Assembly (NCBI GenBank): GCA_964016885.1
Contig: OZ024741.1
Location: 358,298,001-358,362,000, forward strand
Reading direction: 5' to 3'
DNA from: Eledone cirrhosa
Lineage: Eukaryota
DNA length: 64,000 nucleotides
The position numbers and the translations under genes were made by a program. Below, piece by piece: positions 54,195 through 64,000 of this stretch. Position 1 is the stretch's first letter. The number at the start of each line of letters is the position of its first letter. The notes beneath the pieces were generated by a model that was not told the DNA's origin, ran no database searches, and worked only from the letters and a program-made list of their open reading frames with translations.

Positions 54195-55445
54195 TCCTTG
54201 AGTCTCAGTCATTGATGTTAGTTAACTGGAAAGTTTGTTGAAATGAATATCAAGCCACTACCTGCAGCCTCAGATATTCAGCACGTATCGGAGAGTTCTT
54301 GCTGTTCCCAGCAAGCATGCCTTTTGAAGCGTTCCAAAAAGCGTGAAGGGGCCGATTTTCTTTAACCATCCCTGGAAACTTTTGGAGATAGTCCCTAGTG
54401 CGCCTATAACAATCAGGATCACTTTGACTTCATGGCAGTTCCAAATCCTTTTTACTTCCCACTTTAAGTCCTGGTATCGGTTAATTTTCTCCCTCTCCTT
54501 CTCTTGCACTCTCGTGTCGAATGGGCAGGCCACATCCACAATCAAGCACGATCTTTTTTCTTTGTCCACAACCACCAGGTCAGGTCTATTGTGTTCCAGT
54601 TTCTTGTCCGTCTGTATCCTAAAATCCCACAGCACCTTCACCTGATCGTTCTCTATCATTATGCTCATACCATTTCTCAGAATGTGGTAAATTGTTTACT
54701 TTGCACAGGTGCCAGTGGATCACCCTGCCCATCACATCATGTCTCCAGCCCTTATAGTGGGTCTGGGCTAGGTGTTTACACTCGGATACAATGTGAGCCA
54801 CAGTCTCCTATCTCTCTCCACAGATCCTGCACAGTGGGCTAGCCTCCTCCTTGTAAATATGGTGTTTCAACCACTTCGTTTTGAGGGCCTGCTCCTGCGC
54901 AGCCATTAACATTCCTTCTGTAGCCTTTTTAAGGTCTCCTCTTTTCAACCAGTTCCATGTCTGTGGATCTCTAAATTCAGTTTTCTCAAAGAAGGTACTA
55001 TAAAGGGATTTTTCCTGAAGGCTGCTCTTTCTCCTTGATGTTATTTCCTCCTTGGATATCCCCTGGCCTATTGTCCCCTCCTTCAGTACAGTTCTGAGCA
55101 TTGGCTCCTTACTATCAGTCACGTATTTGTGTAGGTTGTTTTTCTCCATCTGAACACAGTCCTCTATGCTGATAAGACCTCTTCCACCCTCAGATCTCCT
55201 TAAGTAGAGTCTATCGACATCACTCCTCTTGTGGAACATGTTGTAGATAGTCAATAGCTTCCTAGTCTTCCTATCCATTTCTTTTTGTTCAGCAACATTC
55301 CATCTCAGAATTCCCGCACTGTACCTAATAATGGACACAGCTCGGGAATTTACTGCGCTTATGGCATTTCTGCTGTTCAGATGTGACTTCAATACGCTTC
55401 TTATTCTCCGAATGTATTCAGTTCTTAACAATTCCTTCATTTTTT
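54195..55445 (-). pseudogene. 5'-truncated R4/Dong-like copy 4
   Basis: ORFs 54808-55440 and 54270-54668; (ATT)n at both ends. Confidence 0.92.
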
Positions 55446-55673
55446 ATTATTATTATTATTATTATTATTGTTGTTACTATTATTATTACTTTTTTTTCCC
55501 CCCAATTCAATGATGTTCCAAAACAATATAAAAGAGATAATTGGCAATAAAGGTTCTGGAACAAAAGAGATAATTGGCAATAAGGGCAGGGGCCCCAGGT
55601 TATCACAGCCTGGGCCCGCTCGTCATCGTGCCACTGTAATGGAGCCAAACAAGGCATTTAGTCAGGACGCTCC

Positions 55674-58600
55674 ATGAGAATTCCGCTGGACAAAGGAAGA
55701 TATGCGACCCTGGTGAGTGTGTATGCTCCAACTATGAATTCTGTCGATGAAGAAAAAGTGTCCTTTTACCATGCCTTGAAAGGTGTTTTAAGAAATATCC
55801 CTCAGGCAGACAAAGTCATCGTGCTTGGTGACTTTAATGCTAGAGTGGGTAGGGATTTTAACACATGGAATGTAATCGTAAGGCATGGGTGGGAAAGTGT
55901 AACAACAATGGTATGCTCCTGCTGCAGATGTGTGAGGAGCTGGATCTGTGTGTTATCAGCACAATGTTCCAACAAAAGAACAAATTTAAGACCACATGGA
56001 TGCATCCAGCATCTAAGGAATGGCATCTTTTGGACTACGTCCTAGTCAGGATGCGTGACAGACAGGATGTACAGTGTGTTCGTGCTCTTCGTGGAGCTGA
56101 GTGCTGGACGGACCACCGCCTGGTACGCGCAAAAGTGAAACTTATCACGAAACGTAAAATCCGGGCTCCTGGTGTTGCCTTGCCCAGGAGATTGAATGCT
56201 GCTCGTCTCAAGGATAAAAATGTGAAGAGGACATTACAAGAAGAGATGCAGGTTGCAGATCTTAGTGAGGATTGGCCGACCCTTAAAAAGTCGGTTTATG
56301 ATGTAGGCAGGCGTGTTCTGGGATTGGTGCAGAGAAAACATCAGGACTGGTTTAATGAGAATGATGAACATATAGAAGACTTGTTGGCTGATAAGTGGCG
56401 TGCTCTGTCACGCTACTTGACGGCAAAACCACAGGAGAAGAATATGTTGCATAAGGAACTCAAGGATGTGAAATCACGTGTTAGGCGGAGTCTTTCTCAG
56501 ATGAAGGATCAGTGGTGGAGTGAGAAGGCTGATGAGATACAAACTGCGTCAGATTCCAATAACACAAAGCTGTTGTACAGTCTCTTGAAGTTTATGGACC
56601 GTCTTCTTCTCTGGTGACACCGCTTCGCAGCAAGGATGGCAAAGAATTTCTTCGTGACTCACAAGGAACTCTACGAAGGTGGCGAGAGCACTTTGATGAT
56701 CTTTTGAATCAGCCGTCTGTCGTCAATGAAGATTTCCTCAATCTCATTCCAGAAAGTCCTGTGAAAGTAGCTCTCGCAGAACCTCCGACGCTTGTGGAGG
56801 TTGCAGTGGCTATCTCGAAGCTGAACAGTGGAAGGTCTCCAGGTAGGGATGGCATACATGCTGAGCTCCTACAATATGGTGGTGAGAGACTCCTGCAACA
56901 TATTCACTCTTTGTTTGGCAGGATATGGGCTAATGAATCCGTACCTGAGGACTGGAGAGATGCAGTAATGGTGGTCTTGTACAAGGGAAAGAGTAACAGG
57001 AATGATTGTGGGAACTACAGAGGTATATCATTGCTTTCTGTCGTAGGAAAAGTTTTATGTAGGGTGCTTCTGGACCGTCTGCTGGCATATATTGCAGATT
57101 GTGTTCTTCCTGAAAGTCAATCTGGTTTTCGTGCTGGACGTGGCACTACTGATATGATCTTCTCAGCTAGACAGCTCCAGGAGAAGTGCATAGAACACGG
57201 TTTGGATCTGTATCAGGTTTTTGACGATCTGACAAAAGCTTTCGATACTGTTAACAGAAATGCATTATGGAAGGTTCTCCAGAAACTTGGTTGCCCTGAT
57301 AAGTTCCTTGCTTTAGTTAGGTCTTTCCATGACGACATGAAGGCTTGGGTTAATGTCGGAGGTAACATGTCGGAGCCTATCTCAGTAAAAAATGGAGTGA
57401 AACAGGGGGATATTCCAGCACCGACCCTGTTTGCCATATACTTTGCAATGGTTTTCTGTATTGCATTCAGGAATTGCGAACATGGTGTTTACATCCGATA
57501 TCGAACCTCAGGCAGCATATTTAACATCAGACGCTTTGCTGCAAAAACAAAAGTATTTACATCAATCATAAGAGACGTCTTGTATGCAGATGATTGCGAT
57601 CTTGTAGCGCACACAGAGAGTGATATGCAGCACATTTTGAATGCATTTTCTGATGCTTGCATTGCCCTAGCATTGACTGTCAGTCTCAAGAAAACCGTCG
57701 ACATGTACCAACCTGCCCCTGGTAAGCAGTACAGTGAACCAAATATCTATGTCTATGGTAAACGACTTGGAGTGGTTGATCAGTTTGTCTACCTGGGAAG
57801 CACTGTCAATCGATACAGCAACTTTGATAGTGAAATCCCACTCAGCATTAGGAAAGCAAGTGATGCTTTCGGAAAGCTAGAAAGGCGACTCTGGGGTCGG
57901 CGAGACATATGCAAGAAGACCTGGGTCACATATCGACACCACCTTAAGCAATTGGAGCGTTTCCATCAGATGTGTCTTAGACGGATCCATAGCGTTCACT
58001 GGAGGGACCACATCAGTGTTGTCGAGATTTTGGAAAGCTCTATGTGTGACAGTATAGAAGCTCTTGTGCTTAAGCAACGACTCCGTTGGAGTGGTCACCT
58101 TGCCAGGATGAAGGATTCTAGAATACCAAAAGAACTCTTTTATGGAGAGTAAGTTAAAGGAAAACGACCTCCACATAAACAAAAAAAGAGGTATAAGGAT
58201 TCCTTGAAAGCCTCTTTGAAAGACGCTAACATCTCTGCTGATACATGGGAAAATGTTGCTGCAGATCGTAATAAGTGGAGAAAGACTGTATATGAGGGAA
58301 AAGTTGTCTTTGAGGCATCTCAAATCGCATACGAGAAAGTAAAGCGAGATGTGAGGAAGGGCACTGCTGTTGCACTTCCAGACGGCGAAGGTCCTCCTAT
58401 GGCGCTGACATGCAGCGTCTGTGCGAGACTCTGCCCAAGCAAAGCTGGACTCGAAAGTCATCTTCGCAGTCATAAAGTAAGACCAGTGGTTGACTACCAG
58501 GCTGCTGTTGAGATGCCACTCATCATGTAAATCAGTAGGAGGGCTCAAACGACATGCAAAAGTACATGAACTCCAACCACAGCCGACTATTCCCAGTGAA

Positions 58601-58681
58601 TGTTTTGGTTGCCGACTCTGTGCAAGTCATTTTAGATCATTGGCTGGGCTAAAAAGCCACATTCGATCGCAGCGCTGTTAA
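55674..58681 (+). pseudogene. RTE (BovB-like) LINE, 5'-truncated: APE, RT and three C-terminal C2H2-like fingers
   Basis: SVYAPT, GDFNARVG, WHLLDYVL, TDHRLV; NYRGISLL, DLTKAFDTV, GVKQG, LYADD; CSVC..HLRSH etc.; few frameshifts/stops. Confidence 0.93.
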
Positions 58682-58774
58682 TTGCTATTGTGTGTGTGTG
58701 TGTATAGATAAGTTTGTGTGTGTGCGTGTGTGTGTATATATATATGTATATTATTATTGTTGTTGTGATTTGCA

Positions 58775-58910
58775 GCACAGTTACGTCCCTTTATGGACTG
58801 AGTTCAAATCCCGACGAGGTTAACTTTGCCTTTCATCCTTACGGCTTCGATAAAATAAAGTACCAGTAATGCACTGGGTAATTGCTGGCCTTGTGCCAAA
58901 AAGTAGAAAA
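58775..58910 (+). mobile_element. tRNA-derived SINE, family A
   Basis: ctgagttcaaatccc B box plus family A core. Confidence 0.85.
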
Positions 58911-59010
58911 AAAAGAAGAAAAAAAGAAAAAAATTATTATTATTATTGTTATTATTGTTTTTTTTTCTCGTGAAATGGCCATACTCGATAACGAGGAGGC
59001 AGCCATCATC

Positions 59011-59043
<33 letters not shown>

Positions 59044-59076
59044 TGTATGTATGTATGTATGTATGTATGTATGTAT

Positions 59077-59573
59077 GTGACTTTGGACATCCTGCAGGAC
59101 TAAAAACAAAACCTGTCAAAAGGCAAAGGAGCTCTTAAGAGTCAATGGCCATCCAAAATCACCGGGAGAGATGACCCCTTAGCCTTTGTCAAGGCAGAAT
59201 TCTAGGAGAAGGAAAACTCTGATATAACACCTGCAACCCTGATGGTATCCAATGATGTTGACTTGTTCTTCTTTTTGGTAAATATCATCTTGGTTTAGAG
59301 AGTGGGACTGGCTTTGTGCAGTGCCTTTGCTCACTATAAAAGCTTCACGGCACAGGCATTGCTTTATATCTGGAGATCTCTCTGCATTTGTCGTCACATG
59401 GTACCATGGGCCCAGCACTATGTGTCAATAATTGTCACAAGTGTAGTGTTTGTACCAGAGCTTTCAAGTCGCTGGCTGGACTAAAAAGTCACACTCGTTC
59501 AGCGCATCAGTAGGGGTTCTCCTACATGGATATAAAGTAGTGGCCGTACTCGAAAACGAGTTGGCAGCCACCA
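59077..59573 (+). mobile_element. ~600-bp element copy C, 5'-truncated, in (TATG)n
   Basis: rc of 15792-16285; (TATG)n on both sides. Confidence 0.8.
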
Positions 59574-59664
59574 TGTATGTATGTATGTATGTATGCTTGC
59601 ATGCATGCATGTATGCTTGCATGCATGCATGTATGTATGTATGTATGTATGTATGTATGTATGT

Positions 59665-60875
59665 TATCTCTTTCTCTTAATTTCGAGTATATTTTTTTGA
59701 CCGGCCACCTTCCTGGTGGCAAGGTTGTAAAAGAAAAGAAATTGTCATCCCTTGAATCGCAAGAATGTTTTGCAAATTTTGAAGGTGCCAGCTATCGCAG
59801 CCATTTGTAGACTATGAATTAGGGAGCTGCGCTCTTTGTCCGCAAATCCAAGTTCAGTCATACTTTGGTCCAAGCGGGTTGGTATATAACCCGTAGCTCC
59901 AATAATGATGGGAATGAAGCTAAAGGTGTATCTTGGATACTGGATTTGTAAACTCCTCATCAATGGTCCGATGTCCTCCTTCTTTTGTATTTTTCTGACA
60001 ACGGTTACATCAAGTGGGCAGCTGATCTCCACAACAGAACACGTTTTCAATGTGTGGTCCCAAACAACAATATCAGGCCGGTTGTGCTTTAATTTGGTGG
60101 CAGTTTTTATTTTCAGATTCCACCAGTATTCCTTAGTGCCATCTGTCTCAATATATTCTTCCTTGTTTGTTGTTAATTTTGTTTTCCGAAGTGCGTTCCA
60201 GATGGTTCTAGCTATCCCATCGTGTCTCATGGGGAGGTAGTAGCGAGATGACATTCTTTCGCAGCTGGCAACAATGTGGCTTACATCCTCGATCTTTGTT
60301 TTACATAGCCTACATTTATTGTCAGCTGCTGGCCCTCCCCTTTTGTGCAGCAGATATTTGGTAGGGAGTTCTTGTTCCTGTATTGCATAGATATATCCCT
60401 TCAAGGTGTGATGTCATAAACTTGTCGGAACTCCATGCCAGGCTTTTTGAGTGGTTTATTCCCCTCTATGGTCTGTGTTTTACGTTTCAAGTATCCATGC
60501 ACAACTTTTTCTGTAAATTGGTCAATTTTTTCATCTTGTTTGAACATTGAATAGGATCTTCCGATTTCTCTGGGTGAGAGATTTATATCAGGCTTTATTC
60601 CATATCTCTCCTCCAGATCAGTGGCTATTCTAATGATATTTTATTTTTCATGCTCATAAACCTGGACAAGATGGTTGCCAACCTTTTTCCTCTGTTGAAG
60701 ATGTTGCTTCAGTGTTACTATCCGGGTCTCATATGATATTAATATGGATTTTAGACCCCGGCCACCTTCCTTGCGTGAGAAGTATAACCTATCCACATCA
60801 CCATTGATGTTAAAGTTCCCAGTAACACTGAGAAGTTTGTGAGTTCTAACATCCATCTCACTTAGTTCTTCCCTT
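59665..60875 (-). pseudogene. RLE non-LTR retrotransposon 3' fragment, third family
   Basis: DVDRLY..RKEGGRGL; CRLC..HIVASC; RHD; RPDIVV..VEISCP. Confidence 0.9.
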
Positions 60876-60879
60876 TACG

Positions 60880-61000
60880 ATCTGAGTTCAAATCCCGCCG
60901 AGGTTGACTTTGCCTTTCATCCTTACGGGGTCGATAAAATAAAGTACCAGTAATGCACTGGGTAATTGCTGGCCTTGTGCCAAAAGTAGAAACAATTAAT
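60880..61000 (+). mobile_element. tRNA-derived SINE, family A
   Basis: Family A core. Confidence 0.85.
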
Positions 61001-61690
61001 TAATTCTATCGTGCAATGCCTGTGCGTGAAGATATTTTTTAAAGTGAGGAAAGGCTGTGCACTGAGCCAATCCCACTCTCTGAGCGACAGTAGCCTGAAA
61101 AGAAGAAAAGATCAACATCATCGGTAACTACTGAGCCGCAGGTTTTATATCGGAGTTAACCCAGTTTCCTGAGTTGCCTTCTCTTAGAAGAATGCCCTGA
61201 CATACATACATACATATATACATACATATTTAACTAGTCGATGTCTAAATTCTTATTAAAGAGTCTTGTGTCATGTTAGAAACCGGTTCTCTCTTTGCTG
61301 GTGAAAATTTATAAAATAATATAACCGGAACACCCCCCCCCCCACCCCCTCCTCCCATATATATATATATATTCACACATGATATTTTATTTCTTGTTTT
61401 TATTTCTGGATCTTTGTATTGCTAAAATTTGTTTCAATAAAAGAGTTTTATGCGATAGGCGTTAGTTTTCTATGTGGGTGTTTTGTGTTTTGTAACTTAC
61501 TTGTGTTTTGTAAGAATATATTTCTGGTAGTTTTTTTTTTTAAATTTGGGCGTTGGCTTTGGGTGCACATATATATATATATATAGTAATAATAATAAAT
61601 TTGAAGACTAAAATCCAAAGAGGGCTCGATAAGGATAAATATATATCAAATATATAAGAACCGTAGAGCAAATATTTATTAAAATAACAG

Positions 61691-61773
<83 letters not shown>

Positions 61774-61777
<4 letters not shown>

Positions 61778-63030
61778 ATGTAACAGGTAAATTGGGACAA
61801 GTCTCAAATGGGTATATTTCCAATTGTATAGATTTCGTTGGAATATTCCCAGCTTGAATAATCACTTATTTATAATTTGTTCAATCTGAAATAAAAAAAA
61901 ATATGTTAATAAAGAATTAAACCGTAGAAGTGTAATTGCCACATTATTCCGCTCCGTCAAAAATGCTGGGGAGCTCGTTAGATCCACAATGTATGTCAAT
62001 TCTACTGTTTTTAGTTTTAGAGTTGTAGCCAGGAGAAAGTCAGGATGTTCAGAGAAAGCCTCACAGGCCTCGTAGTGACCCAAAACGCACACCTTGCTTC
62101 TTAGCAGGACTTCAAAGATCGATCAAGTCGAACCCATCAAAATCGATGATGAAGTTGGCTCAAGATCGAGGAACCTGTAAAATGATCCTTTCTAGGGCTG
62201 TGAGACAAAATCTTGATATGAAATCGTACGCGAGGAGATACCGTAACATCCTAACTACCTACTCTAAAGCCATTCGAGTTGAAAGAAGTCCCAAACTTCT
62301 TAGTCATCTGAAACATCGTGGCGGAGTCGTTCGTCGATGAAAAGAAGTTCATGGTAGCTGAAGTTGCAAATCGTCCAAACTCATGAATGATAGCGTATGG
62401 CCCTTCTAAAGTCCCTTTGGCTATGAATAGCAACAATAAGGCTTCCATTATGGTCTTTGAAGCTGTTGCAAGGGATGGGGAAAGGATGTCTCCTAATTTT
62501 ATTGAAGCAGGTTTTAAAATCAACACAGCAGAATATCTCATAATCTTAGAAGTTTTGTTGCCTTGGATTAGGAAGCATTAGGATGCAAGTCGAGCCATGT
62601 TTGTTCAGGACTCCGCATTCGTCCGTTCTTCGAAAAGAATTTTGTAAGAATTTTTTAAGAAGGAATTGCCGATGTTTGTCCCTAAAGATATCTGGCCCTC
62701 TAGCTCGCCAGATTTGAATCCGTGTAATCTTCGGCTAAGGGGCGCAGTTGAACCAATGTCCAGCTCAACTTCTCACAACCGTGTATCTTCACTGCAGTCT
62801 TCGATCAAGAGAGAATTTGGTAAAACGAAAAACGAAGAAATAGTTAAGGCATGCGCATCATTTCCTAAACGGATTGAGCTAGTAAAGAAAGGAAATGCTG
62901 GTCACATTGAACTAAAATAAGTGCTAAATACTCCACATAAATTGGCATAATCATGAAATTTGAAGTGATTGATTTTTTCGAGTTGTACCAATTATAATAA
63001 AGATATTTAAATGGTCTCAATTACGGTGAA
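61774..63030 (+). pseudogene. Decayed Tc1/mariner transposon
   Basis: FVDEKKF, MFVQDSA, WPSSSPDLNP, KACASFPKRIELV..GHIE; imperfect TIRs aattgggaca / ggtctcaatt. Confidence 0.85.
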
Positions 63031-63212
63031 TTGGCAGTATCGGTAGAGGGTTGGACGCCATGCTTTCTAGCATAGTTACGTCCATTTACGGTCTGAGTTC
63101 AAATCCTGTCAAGGTTAACTTTGCTTTTCATCCTTATGGGGTCGATAAAATAAAGTACCAGTAATGTACTGGGTAATTGCTGGCCTTATTCCAAAAGTAG
63201 AAACAATTATTA
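63030..63212 (+). mobile_element. tRNA-derived SINE, family A
   Basis: tggcagtatcggtagag A box, gagttcaaatcc B box, family A core. Confidence 0.85.
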
Positions 63213-63298
63213 CTAAAGTCCGATTCATAACCAATATGTGTAAGAAGTGATAGAAACAACCAGAAAAGGGGCAGTGCTTAAAAGATTACCTTAATGTA

Positions 63299-63600
63299 CT
63301 AAGTAGGGTCATATTTACTATAATAGAAATAATAGGAATTCCCGTGTAAGCAAGTAGAGAGAGATTCAGATTCCCTATTTAAGATTGGTAAATGAAATTT
63401 TATTATCAGGAGGCATCTACGGTTGCCTGGCCTGAGTGACCCTAAGTATATTCCATTTAAGGGAGTATTCAATATTAGCATCTTTTAATTCCCATATGTA
63501 ACGGGCTAGTGAGGTAGAACATTTTATGTTTATACTAGAGGTTAAATCACAGTTTGCTCTTTGACAGTACCTGACAGCTACCCGTGCGAGATTATGCAAA
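63299..63600 (-). pseudogene. Penelope-like GIY-YIG endonuclease C-terminal relic
   Basis: STSLARYIWELKDANIEYSLKWNIL..GNRRCLL..ILNRESESLSTCLH matches PLE T.LS.YIW.LK....W.IL and LN.R.E....C.H motifs. Confidence 0.75.
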
Positions 63601-64000
63601 GATTCATTTGGGAAACAGGAATGGTGATTGTGCTGAAAAGTGAACACCGATAAACAGCTGTCTCAGTTTTCAGTGTTTGTTCGCCTAGCGGAGGAACTGA
63701 CCATCAGGTCAACGTCAGGGGACCTCTACCACCATCAATGAAGCACTACATCAGTGAGAGTCCTGGAAAGTCATCACAGTATTTCAGCAGGTAAAAAAAA
63801 AACATGATTGGTACAAACAACAGCTTCACAGTTAGAGATCGTGATTTTCTGACCCTGCATGTTGCTAAAGAAGGATCAAATTCTCTCTACGAAGATGATG
63901 TTATATGACATAATGGACGAGCATCCTCCGATGTCAGGACTAGGGGTGGCGGACTATCTCGACCAAAGAGATCATATATCTTCGGCTCTCTAAACTACCG

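Noticed and set aside
41021-54842. Plus-strand ORFs over the R4 stack
   Set aside because: Antisense shadows of the retrotransposon ORFs
55580-55660. HDV-like ribozyme upstream of the RTE
   Set aside because: Only a GC hairpin is evident; P1, P2 and P3 could not be assigned on either strand

Overview
AT-rich, microsatellite-saturated eukaryotic DNA with no recognisable host gene. The SINE families and the (TA)n/(TACA)n/(ATT)n load suggest an invertebrate, probably a cephalopod such as Octopus (inference). Contents: (1) a ~20 kb head-to-tail stack of R4/Dong-like RLE non-LTR retrotransposons sitting in (ATT)n tracts (35.9-55.4 kb), one with an intact 1121-aa ORF; (2) two RTE-clade LINEs, Tx1/L1-like 3' tails, mariner/Tc1 relics, a hAT element with an 8-bp TSD, Helitron-like and pogo-like non-autonomous elements, and many tRNA-derived SINEs; (3) most notably, about ten short non-coding cassettes from several sequence families, embedded in (TA)n, that carry type I hammerhead ribozyme motifs and share one geometry: two inverted arms with both 3' ends pointing outward. 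The best case is a 317-bp tandem retrozyme-like array (14361-15654) with a U3-A8 variant hammerhead supported by covariation in a diverged copy at 23.4 kb. Penelope-like GIY-YIG relics in the window point to the likely mobilising partner. All folds were done by eye and boundaries are approximate unless stated.
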